NCBI GenBank assembly: GCA_050084515.1
Contig: CM114271.1
Location: 17,918,001 to 17,982,000, forward strand
DNA length: 64,000 bases
Direction of reading: 5' to 3'
Origin: Blasia pusilla
Lineage: Eukaryota
Notes under the pieces: generated by a model
Database searches by the model: none
The model's input: only the letters and a program-made list of their open reading frames with translations
Told to the model about the DNA's origin: nothing
Program-made: the position numbers and the translations under genes
Part shown: piece by piece, positions 1 to 12,330 of the stretch
Numbering within the stretch: the stretch's first letter is position 1
How the letters are laid out: each line of letters begins with the position of its first letter

Positions 1-2324
1 CAAAGGCGTGAGGTAATATGCATGGCTTTTGTTGAGTCAATTTTTTTCTTATTTCTCTTACGAATATTTTAGGTACTTTATTTACGTTTTAACTTCTATA
101 TTTGTTGCTTGTAATAGAGAATTGGTATTCCGACCCTTCCATTGGATGTTCATATTATTAATCTTGCGTTATTGGAGGTCCATTACCATCTTCAAGATCA
201 TGGTAAAAGTATGGCGGACTTCCCTGACATGCCTCAACCAAATATCCAAACTCGTGATTTATCTATTTCGCGTCTAGAAGAAGAAGAGCTCTCCTACGAT
301 CATGATATTCTTTGTGAACGTGTGAGAGTAGGAGAGATGTCTTTAAATGATGGACAACGCGCGATTTGGGAAGTTGTTTGTAATGCTTTTCGCGATATCT
401 TATAGGATGCGCCACCTTCTGTAAGTGGATATTATATATAGTATATTTTATTATTAATTTCTTAAACTTTTTATTTATTTAAGTTTTCTTTTAAAGTGCT
501 TTTCTGTGACGAAAAATATGGATTTTTCAGGCAAAACTTTTCTTTATCGATGGTCCTGGCGGAATAGGAAATTTTTTTTTGTACAACCTTCTTCTTGCAA
601 TGGTACGGAGCGAGGGTCATATAGCTCTTGCAGTTGCATCTTCGGGGATTGCCGCTTTATTATTGGATGGAGGTCGTACTGCTCATTCTCGATTCAAGAT
701 TCCTATCCAAGTACATGAAAGTTCCACTTGCAAGTAAGTCTAGATTTAAGATTTATTTTCCTTTTATGGCATGCATATTATTGTTTTATTTTTTGATTAT
801 CCTTCATAAATGTTCCTCATATATTGTTTGTTATTGATTTTCCAGCCTATCGGTCAATAGTCATATGGCCCGCCTTATACAAAAGGCGAAGTTGATCGTG
901 TGGGATGAAGCTCCTATGACGAATCACGCATTTGAGGTCGTTAATCGTACTTTCCAAGATATCATGGGTTTGATGGATCTCGATTACGAGATTTGCCTTT
1001 TGGGGAAAATCATTTTATTTGGTGGTGACTTCCGACAACTTCTTCCATTGTTTAAATCGGAGATCGTGCCGCTGATTGTGCGTGCAACACTTAGAGATCT
1101 CCTATTTGGTTTGACGTGAGATTATTGAAACTCACTACCAACATGAGAGTCAATACTATACAAGGTATTAAAGAATAAACCTAATATTTCACCTTTTTCA
1201 TTTCATGTGGTTTTTGTTTATTTTTAATATTTACTAATTTCTTCATTTTATATTTATTATCAGGATATGCACGAGAAGAGCAAGAAACCTTTGCAAAGTG
1301 GTTATTAGAGGTAGGAGAGGGTCGTGTACCGTTACATTTGGACCTTGGAGAGGATTTTATACAAGTTCCGGATGCGATAATTGTTAAAACCACAAGGATC
1401 AATGATTTCATTGACATTGTTTATGGACACGATGTTCATAAGTGGAGTGATATTGATTTCTTGAGGGGTACATCCATTTTGTCAACTAAGAATACTACTG
1501 TGGATATTATAAACGGAGAAATCATGTCTCGATTTCCAGGAGAGGTAATATTCATATTCTTGAATATCATTATTCTATTTTGATTGTTCTACTGCTACAT
1601 TTTTCTATGATCTCTCTTATTTTAATGATTTATTTTGTTTTTGCAGGAGCATACCTTCTTGAGTGCTGATTTTGTTTCCGACGATGAGATGAGACTTGTT
1701 TATCCAACAGAATTTCTGAATACATGTTTACCATCTGGATTGCCACCTCATTGTTTGACTTTGAAGATTGGAGCTCCGATAATGCTATTACGGAATATGA
1801 ATGGAGCAAAGGGACAAGCAAACGGGACTCGGCTGGTGATAGCTGGCTTTAGTCGACATCTTATAGATACAACAATTATCACGGGAAAAAACATTGGAGC
1901 TCGAGTTTTCATTCCACGCATTCCATTGATTGCTTATGATTCCGGCCTACCTTTTGATTTACGACGATTTCAATTTCCTATCCGTCCTGCTTTTGCAATG
2001 ATTATTAATAAATCTCAAGGTCAAACATTAGATAGAATTGGTATTTACTTGCCCAATCCAATATTTTCTCATGGACAATTGTATGTTGCCTTGTCAAGAG
2101 TAAGCTCAAAGAATTCTATTCATATTATGACAGATAATGAAAATGCTACTAACAAAATAGGTTTTTATACTAGAAATGTTATTTATAGTGAAATATTGAA
2201 TTAAATTAAAATAACATTATATGTGTGAAATTTAATATTGACCCATATTTTCTAAATTTTGTAATGCTTCACTTATTAATATGATTAATTTTATATATGT
2301 TAAATTTGGATGCATTCTTACTAG
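1..2324 (+). mobile_element. Helitron, 3' part (truncated by the window edge), with intron-containing Pif1-type helicase and CTAG|T 3' end
   Basis: Pif1/Helitron helicase motifs appear in order across AT-rich GT-AG introns: DGPGGIG (Walker A region, ~549-570), ASSGIAALLLDGGRTAHSRFKIP, IVWDEAPM, GGDFRQLLP, TNMR, LLEVGEG, PIMLLRN..NGTRL, INKSQGQTL, FSHGQLYVALSRV. The element ends in TTCTTACTAG|T at 2321-2325, a canonical Helitron CTRR end followed by T. Confidence 0.9.
119..2204 (+). pseudogene. Helitron RepHel Pif1-like helicase domain, disrupted
   Basis: Exon-like segments lie at about 119-420, 531-733, 847-1163, 1264-1545 and 1647-2204. There is an in-frame TAG at 403-405 and there are frameshifts in the poly-T after the Walker A region (~573-580) and near 1050-1120. 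The C-terminal 1635-2204 frame is intact. Confidence 0.8.
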
Positions 2325-5245
2325 TATAACTTTATTTTAATAACCCCATCATGATAACCGTAAGTATATTTCCCCGAGAAAGGCCGGGTCGGTCTGTACA
2401 GCAAGGGGAGGTTTCCCAGAGTCGGACGAGTTTCCACCACACACATAGCGACACGTCACGGGATCTTCCAGACGCATGGAAGATTCCCCAGTTCATAGCG
2501 TGATACGACAAGCATTCACAAAATCCGTAGGTTCTAATATCCTCTATCGAAGAGGTGATGTGATGAGAATCGAGCGACGCTCGCTGCAGAGACGTAGAAT
2601 GTGGAGAAGCGACGATGGACTCTGACCTAAGAAACTGCGAACCCATTTCAAATTGTTGTAGCGTGATCTTCTCGTGCGAACCAATTCCATCTTCCCAATC
2701 GCAAAACTGGTGCTAGTGCTGCTGTTGCTGCGCCTTTGCTGTACGTACGCCACAGGAAGGTCGTCACCGCTCGCTCCTGAGACCTGTGCGCCTGTCAGCG
2801 AGCGGACGAACGCGAAATCAGGAGAGAGAAAAAACGAGGATTTTGGAGAATATTTGCTGCGGAAGGTACGAACTCTTCGTCTCCCTGGAGGATTTAGGCG
2901 CTTGCCGCGACTGTGAAAAGTGGTTGCTATGAGTCTTGTTCGTCGGGGAGTACGATAATTGTGCCTATAGGAGAGCTATCGTTGGAGCCTTTGCTCTGTG
3001 TATGCCAGTCAAGGACATAATTGTCAAACGATTGGAATGATCTGGAGTCGCTCTTTACGTCAACTCGGTAGGGGGGTTTGGTCTTCGGCCTGGATATGTG
3101 CAAAGTATGATCGCTTTGGAAGGAGTCGAGCACCTGACAGATGTGCTCGCAATCGTGGTGGAACCGGACGGATTGAGTTTACAATCAGTCGATCTGCGGC
3201 TTTGTGCCTGAATGGTTGGAACTGCGTAAAATTACGTAGAGAGTAGCCTGAGCACCAACAATCAGGGAATCGCGGGAAAACGTGATGTGAAGAAAGTGGC
3301 GCTTCTGTTGTGCCACCAGGTCCCACACTCTTAGAATCAATTTTCGTGCTCAATCTGAGACACTTTCATGCTCTTCTTCCGCTTGCACCTTGTTGACGTT
3401 CTGTCTCAGGTATTCAGCGTCATCTACGCTGGGCGTCCGCTGTAGTTGCAGATCCAGAAATGAAAAGAAAATAGATGATGGAGCTATCCGATGTTCCAAT
3501 CCTCTGTATGGTGGTTCCATTAATAGATTGTTGGATCCTGGGGATCTGACTAGGGATCGAGGAAACGGACAGAGCAAAGACTTCACAAGTCTGCTCTGGT
3601 GCCATTTAATTTCCTTCCCACTACAAGGTCTCTTCAACTTTAACTTTGGGACAATTTTTGTCAGCCATCCGGAGACTGGCAGCTTGCTCCTTTGAGGATT
3701 AATCGGCGTTGGTCTCTTTTCGGGATCCAGATATCTACGGATATTGCACCGCAAATTGAAGATTGAGTTTGTTGAAGTGAAAGTAAGTAGAACTAAATTG
3801 GGGGGTTTTGTCCTTTCTTTAAAACGTTCCAGAAAAAACCCATTATTCCCCCTGTTTTTTTTGGTGACAGTCTGTGCTGAGTGCATTACTAGGATGGTCA
3901 AAGACTCTTGCCAGAGATTCATAGTTCTAAGGACTTAGATTTTACTTGTCCAATGGGCTTATTTTTAGTTCATTTATACAGTATGCATAGATTAATTAGT
4001 ACATCCACTGTACAGCCTCACCGATCCGTTTTTGAACCAATCTCCCTCATGTGCAACTTGAATAGCAACTCTGAGTCGGATCTCTATTTTCAAAGTTGGT
4101 TAATCCTCATAACATCTAGATGTGGCGTGACTGACAGGTCCATGGCACATTCTACCCATAATTACGTCCTTCAATTCCCATCAATATTTCAAACACTTGC
4201 CCGATATCCACTCTGCTTATGCATCTGACCACTTGCACTCTGTCATGAACTCATGATATTTGAGACTGAGCAAAGCCATCAAGCAGATCAAAACTCTCGG
4301 TTGTAGAGATCATTTCTGTGTTCATTACTGCCTTCAATCTTTGAGATCTCGTCCTTAAGCCCTTCATGTTGGCATTATTACGTCTGTACCTAATGATGAT
4401 TTATGAACTTACGAAGTCTAATGCTTTGACAAGGTGATATATTTTGTCACTGATGGTAGGGGCAAGAAATCCAGGCTTCACAAGGAGTCCACGCTGGCTA
4501 GCTATGCTATGCACTCAGACCGATTCACATAGATGTTCGAATGGACATAAAAGCCTGCATTTTGATAGGCTAATAAAAAAGATCCATCTGTGCCAAGTTT
4601 TTGCTGGTGTGATCAAAATTCTTTGTTATATGAGTGGATACTCTTGGAACATCAGGGCTCTGATTTACCTTATGTAATGTGTAGTTTTTCTACAACTGGA
4701 TTATTACAGTAATGATTCAGGTTCAGATAAAACACAGATCTGTCATTTATATTCCTTTATGCCACACTGGAATCTATAGCAGTGCTAAGTGTCTGTTCAG
4801 CCTAAGAGTTCGAATTTGCTGTTTAAAGAGAAATGCTACTGATCATGCCTCAATTGACCAACTGCCTTCGTCATGACCAAAACGAATATCAATTTCTATT
4901 TTAAATTTATGAAATCTTCATTCTTCAAGATTAGTTGTGTACTACTTTAGGTGAGTCAGTCCACAGACTTCTGTAAATGCAGATCAATCCCCAACTGGTA
5001 TCCAGGTTTCACTACTCGGTCATGTCAAGCTAGTTTGCAGTTGTGGGGATCACTGGTAGATTTGGACTAACTACATTCCCTGGAAGCTTGACATTGATCT
5101 TCATGTGAAGCATTGGGATCTTGAAGGTTTGAAAGAGAATGGCCCTGTCTTTTTGTCTGCCTGCTCTTTCTGTTGCTTAGTGAAGCTTGACTGTCAGATT
5201 TATACAATTCTTGACTGTAGTTTTGTCTCATCATGGCAGGTGATC

Positions 5246-6601
5246 ATGTCGCTGGTTGATTATGCATCCGACGAAGATGAGGATGTCATGGATGCGAGTG
5301 AGGAGGATGCTGTGCCTGGACCTGCTGTTCAGACAAGTGATCGAGGTTTCTCTGTGTCTGCTGCCGTGCCTTTTAATTCTGATTCTGTGATGTGAGTGGC
5401 TGAAACTCTTCTACAAGTTCTTCCCAATGCTTAGGTTGCTCAAGGTCAGCAGCTGCTTGTAGATATGGTTGGAACTCTGAGATAAATTTTTGGTGTTAAT
5501 TCGTGGGCAGGCCATGTATTCTTGATCGAGTGGTTAGTTTGACAAATTTATGGGCAACAAAGGTGTATGAATGCTGGATAGGAAAGTAAATTTTTGGATA
5601 AGCTGCAGAGATTGGACCTCTTCTGTAGTTATTCCACATACACTTGGGTGATCATAACTGGCTACTGAAGGGATTTTGAAGAGGTCGTTGCCTTTGCTAC
5701 CAACTCTGGAGTTTCTATCAGCATTCGGTGTTCTTATTGTCTGGTCTTACTTCCAAACAAATGTTTTTGGTTTATGTTTTATGACATCATTGGCTGTCTT
5801 TGCAGTGACAGGCAGTCACAGGGTGGAGTTTCTGTTCAAAGCCCAAGCACACGTTCCGGTCCATCAGCTCAAATACGACTGCCAGATGTTGCAGACCTGT
5901 TAGGTCCGAGTGCTGAAGATGGTGCAACTACTTCAGGCACACAAAGGAAGAGGATGCCTGCTGCTAATGGATCAGCACATCCAATGCCTAATAGAAAACT
6001 GCCTCGTGGGAATCTTCGACCATCCAGACTACCTCCAGATACTGCGGGCGGCCTCCTAACACCTCCTCAATTGAGGGGGAGGTTAGTCCACATTCCCTTT
6101 TTCTACTACTGGAACCTGCAGCTGTGTGTGTAGAGGTTTGGTAATATCACCGATCTTACTTGCTTAGCTTTCTGTGAATGTTTTGGTACCATAATTTAGA
6201 CTAGTACATGCACACCCATGCGATTCACTGGTAAGTTTCCTCTAAAACTACTTAGCATATTAGAAAAACGTTCGGAAAAGAAATGAAGACAGTTTCTTTT
6301 TAAACGTACAAGGCTTCAACCTAAGAGGCAGGAGAAAACTTTCCTCTTGCAGGAAGAACCATGTTGTCAAAATAGTACATATGGGGGATTACCTATTCGA
6401 ACGATAAAGTTCTTTGGATATTTTCTTGGTCATTTGTGTCTGGGTAACTAATGTGCAAGGGTTGGAGAATTATGAGTGCAGGGACTAATCCACAGGTTCT
6501 AGAAAGTACTGTCTGATAGCTTTCTTCTTTGTCGTATCAGAAGCAATGTGGCGACAGAGGACCTTGACAAAATTTTCACACGAAGGCAAACAAGAAGATG
6601 A
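5246..6601 (+). CDS. Small uncharacterised protein (160 aa) with acidic N-terminus MSLVDYASDEDED and C-terminal PPQLRGRSNVATED motif
   Basis: Exons 5246-5391, 5806-6081 and 6541-6601 total 483 nt. Donors are GTGAGT (5392) and GTTAGT (6082), acceptors are TGCAG (5805) and ATCAG (6540), and phases match to give ...LLTPPQLRGRSNVATEDLDKIFTRRQTRR*. An acceptor GGCAG at 5239 implies an upstream 5'UTR intron. Confidence 0.8.
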
Positions 6602-9466
6602 TCAGTGAATAGTACGCTTCTGCTGTTACTGAGGTGCTGATTCGTTTGGCAGTTGGGACCTACTTGTGACACATGCTGTAGGATATGGTTGGTTTCCTAC
6701 CTCTTCAACTGCATTGAACCAAATCCACTTTTGCTGTATCAGTCTTTGCAGAATTCAGCGTACCGCCAGTAACCAAGAAACACCAATGAAATGGGAAAAT
6801 TTGGAAAAGATTTTGCTTCGTTTCAGCAGATTATCTGTGTACTGAGTTGCTATATGCTTACTTGGGTCCAGGGCAGTCGAGAACCTGACGGCCACAATGT
6901 GATTCTTCTGCAGCATGGTGGTGATTCTATCTGGAACTGGCACAGAAAGTCATCACATTAGTATTGATGACATGGTATGATGAACCAAATTGTACTCGGT
7001 CTTGCACCACTGTAAAATAACGTGAAATTTTTGTAGTGATAGTCAGTAGTGATCTTGCTCTTACGAGAGAGTAAATTTCATGGAAAGTAAGCTTTGAGAG
7101 GAAACCCATTCAGGTGGGGCCTCGACAAGATTTAGATGCAGGTAGTCCATCTTGTGTTCTGAGTCTTCCGATGCCATTCTAGCCTTGAGTAGCGTCAGTT
7201 TCCAGGGTAAGTGAGTAACAACCCATTCTAAAGATTCCTACTGGGCTCATGCCCTTGCTCTCCTTCAATCAAATTTATTCAGTGGATTATTGAACTACCT
7301 TCGTCTGAAATGAAAGTTCCGTAGAACATTTGAGTTCGTGGGTCTGGATCAACCCCGAATACAATAATGGGACTGCTGGATGAATGGGAGTAGCACAGCA
7401 CAACCAGATGGGAGTTTGGCATAATTCTGTGAAACCCATCAAGAAGATATACAGGAAAGGCACACATGGAAAAGGGAAGATGAAAGGAAGTAAAGAGGCA
7501 AATATGAAAGGAAGGTGGATGGATCCTGAGATAAACTGTTGACGTGACTCCTTTCGGAAGGAATTATCTCGGAGACAGTAGGGCAAGCCGAAGGAAAGGT
7601 CACTAAACCTAAAGGCAAGGTAGGAAACTTAGACGTGGACAAAGAGACGGGTCCGAGATATGTGGGGTCACAGTGGGAGGAAATGAGGTAGTGAATGATT
7701 GATACACGGGGAACGGTCGCAGTAGCCTCGGAAGAGTTGACTACATTTCGAAATAATTCTAGAGAATAGTGGGGCGCGAAGAAGTCAAAAAGGAGTGAGT
7801 AGCTTGCAACTAGGGCCCATGGACTTGCATGAAGTGGATGTATGAGACGCTAAAACATTCAATGAGGCCACGGGACGAGGGGGCCAACGGACAAATGATT
7901 GGAGGAGTGGACGGAGACCCATCGAAAGCACACATGGCAGGCAGGAAGGATGGACGGATGACATTAAAGGTGATTTTAGGAAAGGATGGGCAATAAGGCG
8001 AATAGCATGGAGGGGAAAAAGTCAAAGTCAAAAGATGGGGGAAAAAAATGGGCATAGATATATTGAGCATAGACAGGATGTAGATGAACAATATTTTTTT
8101 TTTGGCTACTTTAGTTTGATGCTCCCAATGCCGAGAATATAGTCAGATAAAAAATGCGATCAGGATTTGCATCCTGATTTGTCGTAGAAAATAAGTTCAT
8201 GACGTAACGCGTTTTGAGGTGTGTTCATGCCAATGCATCCATCCTCAATATAATGAGTTTTTTAGCTCCACATTTTGTCCTTCTGGTCTGGAATTTTTTT
8301 TTGGTCGCACATGCACAAGCCCCTCCTCGAGCTCTAGATATGGCTCTAGCTCATCCTATGATATTGACACAATTATTGGATCTGGAAATAGATGCACTAG
8401 CAAATCCACCCTGGTCTTGACTTAAGGAGTGAACATTGTAGGATTACATGTTGATCAAATGGTAACATAAGGATGACGTTTTCTATTAGCCTCAATTAAC
8501 AGATATCATTCTTCTTAAAGAAAGAAATTCTTCTCAAGACCTCTTGAATATATAAATGAAACATTTGTGGCATCTTCAGTCATAACGTGGGAATAAAAAG
8601 TGAAAATAAAATGAAATAATCAAAAAAGATTTTTCATGTAAAATGGTCAATTTGGCGTCGTGGTATATTAACATAAATACCTAAGTTTGAGTACCAATGC
8701 ATATCGTTTGATAATTTTCAAGTACCCTCCAATGCTCTAACTTCACAAGTTTCATACCTTTGACCCATGAAATCCAACTATGACAAAATGTGACATTTTC
8801 AAATGTAAGCATGGTTGGGGTTCTTTCGTATCCAATTTCCAAGAGAATAGGGAATCATCTATATAATTAAAAGAGATGGGTTTACAAGAAACACTCTTCA
8901 TGTGTCTTTCCAAGGGTCCACTACGATCGAATCGACACCTATTCTCTTGAGACAAGAGGTGTCATTTAGAGATAATAATTAAATTAAGGGGGAATTCTTA
9001 CCTGTGATCGCACGGGCAACATATTAGCAACATTTTAATATTTTTCCTCCATAAGATCTTCGCAATAATAAACCAAAATAATAACACTAAAAATAAACCA
9101 GAGACTCTCACAATATCCACATCCGAGAAAGACATCCATTTCCATGATGACAAATATTCTACTTTCGATGAAAAGTTCTTTTCTCACAAAGAAAAAAATG
9201 ATCCAAAATAATGCAATAAAATACAGATTTTCTCCGCTCCCAAATTAGCGCCGTTTCCCAGAACTGTCAGAGACATACACTCTCGAGTATCCAACGGACA
9301 AAATGAATCGAGAAAGCCTCTTTTTGAGATACACATAAATCTACTAAATTCATCTCGTTTTTTGTTGTCTCCATGTTTCCAAACCGAAAAACCGAGTGCC
9401 CGTACATCACTCACAAGAGGTACGCTGCGAAATTACTCCACATGGGAAAGTGGAACAATAATGGCC

Positions 9467-10917
9467 CTAGAAATAAATAGAGTGTGCATGCGACGGGAGC
9501 AAGCACTCCACAGGAGAGGAGAGGGATGAATTGGATGGAGGGGAGAATATTGAGAAGGGAAGGAAAAGTGGTGTGAGTGATGGCTCATAGTTTAGCTTTC
9601 GGTGCATTCGCCATTCGGAAAAGGTTCTACACTTTTTCTTTATTGCTCCAAACATGGAAAAGAAAGAAAAAGTTGACTCGGTCGTGAACATCTGAGTTTC
9701 TGAAAGGAATGAAATAAAAATAGGTTCAACGGGAAGAAGATGAAAGAAAATTTTCTAGTGAGAGAAATTTACAATGGAGAAATCGCACAGAGCATCTTTT
9801 CGAGAAAACTTTGGAAAACTTCTTTTCAAGAAAACTTTTGGAAAACATGATAAGATTAGAAAACGGAGAGAAATTCCAACCCGGATTCCAACTGGAGCTG
9901 GAATCCGGGTGCTCAAATGTCGAGTCGCAGCGTGCGTTTTTCTTGCGAGTCTGCAGGTGAAGGGTGGGCAAAAAAAGCGGAGAAATTCTACCTCCAGATA
10001 CTTCCCCTTACAAAACCAGTGGGAGAGTGATACATAACTTGGTATGGTGCTGAACAATTTGTGTAAGCAGCACGGCCGATGGTACTATCGTGCTCTAACA
10101 TACCAAACGTCGGGACTCGGACATTGCTGCAACAAGCAAGAAAGGAAGATAACATCCTCATAGGAAGCGACCTCTCTCGCACACTCGCATTGGCGTGCTA
10201 AAACGTCGATCGCATCACATGCTAGTGTGAGTCTGCCTACATGCGAAAGTTTAAGTAGTACTAGTACATCCTGCGCAAGAGAAGTCCGACTTCGTGCGAC
10301 GTCTTCTCGCACAATCGGCAGAAGCAGCTTTCGCGATGATGAACCACCAAACTACGCAATTACGCAGTGCGGCGCCACGCCCGATGGTACCACGCTCCCT
10401 TGATCGTCGTCGCCGACGTCCCTCCAAGCACCATCGCATCCCCGGGGATTCATTTGGCCCACTATTGCAACCAAAAACAAAGTCTCCTCGAGCGCACACT
10501 CCTCCTTATGATAGGAATCAAGATTATGTAGGAATAAAAGCCCTAATCGAAGTCTGTCCAATCGGACTTGTGCTCGCTTCGCTTGCATACATTGATGACT
10601 TATTGTTTCTCCAACAACTTTGCCGCACCACGCCTGATAGTACCAGGGTGCCTTGATTCGTGGTTGCCAATGTCCCTCAAACATCATCGCATGCCACATA
10701 TGTATAATTTTGAATTACCCATCTTAAGTGTACGATTGAATTAGAGTGATCCTATTGGTGGAGATGTATAATTTTGAGTTACCCATCTTGCGTTTATGAT
10801 TGAATTCGAGTGATCCTATTGGTCCAAAAAAATAATAATTCTATTGACTAAAAAGGACATGTGTCGTAAGGAAAAAGGATCTCAAAATGAATACGCACTC
10901 TCCAATAGTAATAGAGA
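9467..10917 (-). mobile_element. Putative non-autonomous Helitron with GC-rich internal sequence
   Basis: The minus-strand 5' end is A|TCTCTATTACTATTGGAG at 10917. A candidate 3' end is CCCGTCGCATGCACACTCTATTTATTTCTAG ending at 9467, but its flank is G rather than T. The subterminal TTGGTCCAAAA...GACATGT is shared with the element at 62831-63043. Confidence 0.5.
10700..10823. repeat. Two-copy tandem repeat, period 64 bp
   Basis: ATGTATAATTTTGARTTACCCATCTT...GATTGAATTmGAGTGATCCTATTGGT occurs at 10700-10759 and 10764-10823. Confidence 0.85.
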
Positions 10918-11599
10918 TTAGATCCCGAATAGGGTTGAGAGAATCATAATGCTATTGCTAGTGGATGCGATGCGAGCCTAGCATGTGTAATACTTGAAGG
11001 ACTTCAATTTTTGTACGTCCTTCAAGTGTTTCACTATAAAATAATGATGACGTACATTTATGTCGGAGAAAGCTAAATATTATTATATCCCAACCTGTGT
11101 GAGTTAAATAGACTAATGGTGGACTTGGACGTCCGACCGTAAGAGGTGTGCGTTCACCTTCGACGACATCTCACACCCGCGGATGGAATTTTGACTGTAT
11201 AAAAAATTACGGATTCATATGACCCTACGGTCTGTTTTTTAGACGTCCTACTAGAGCAAGGTATTGGAGGAGGTGGATGTGTAAAGGTATGTCTTGGACA
11301 TCCCAAAAATTTTTGAGATATAATGTGTGGGTGTGAGCCAAGTTTCCCTCCCTCACCCACATATTATCTCAGAGAAATTGGGCCATAGATGGAGTCGCAC
11401 AACATTAACAATATTTGGATGGAGGAGTGAATGTAGGAATACCTAAGGCACATAATTTTCTGTCTCCCATGATTCACAACAACCTTTGTTCTCTTCCTCT
11501 CTTTGAGCTCAATATTTATTTGCAATTCCAATTGCAAGTTTAGCTTGAGCTTTAGGTTGTATCTTGAGTTTAGAGTCCTTCTCAGCCCATAGGTGAGTT

Positions 11600-12330
11600 C
11601 TATTGAGGAAAACGTTGTGCTACAAAACACAACCATATATCTATTAGAAAAGGTGTTTGTTAGTAGCCTTGCCCTTCATATAAGTCTTTAGCTTGCATGA
11701 CAAGTGCCATCTACTATTCAAAACATCTATACAATGTTAATTAACAACCTTTGTAATTGTGTGGGCCAAGGAGGTATTGAAGTTTTGTATGTCTTGATTT
11801 TGAGAGGGAATCCTATAAGTTGGCATAAGTCAAACATTTGGTGAGTAACTATTGTCCAAGTTATTGTCCGCTTATAAATATTTCCCTTAGTCAAAATGTC
11901 TTCTTGTCAACATCCTCTACCAAAAACCCAATTACTTCAGAAAAATAAAGTCTTGTCATGGCCCTCACATCCTTGTAAGCAACATGGATAAATGAGAATT
12001 CTTAAAAAAAGATGGGCATACAAGCATTAGGCGTCATAAGTCGCAAGAATGACCTTAGATTTACAATAAGTTGCTTATGAACAAATACATGATCTGACTT
12101 TTTTCGTGGCAAATAACAAGAGTCTCTAGGTTTTTGGTTAAGTTTCAATAAGGTGCCATCAATAAGACTAATACAATCAAGAAACCCTCTTAAGAAAATT
12201 ATGAGGAAAGCGTCGCACACTATGCTTGATCAAGCCATCGAACTAAATGACGCACCTATAATAAGCAAGCTCCATTTCCATAATGGCCAAGTTGATCTAA
12301 TGCAGTGGCCAATTGCATCATTACTAGCCC
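11600..12330 (-). pseudogene. PIF/Harbinger (HARBI1-like, DDE_Tnp_4) transposase remnant
   Basis: Degenerate family motifs occur in the correct order on the minus strand: GFLDCISLIDGTLLKL (xCIGAIDGTH), YLPRKKSDH, GCEGHDKTLF (PGSxHD), KVVN*HCIDVLNSRW (VEHAFGxLKxRW) and GCVL*HN (CCxLHN). Stops and frameshifts are present. Confidence 0.7.

Noticed and set aside
3350..3922. 190-aa minus-strand ORF
   Set aside because: It has no recognisable motif and is more simply explained as antisense to the leader region of the plus-strand gene. Not fully excluded.
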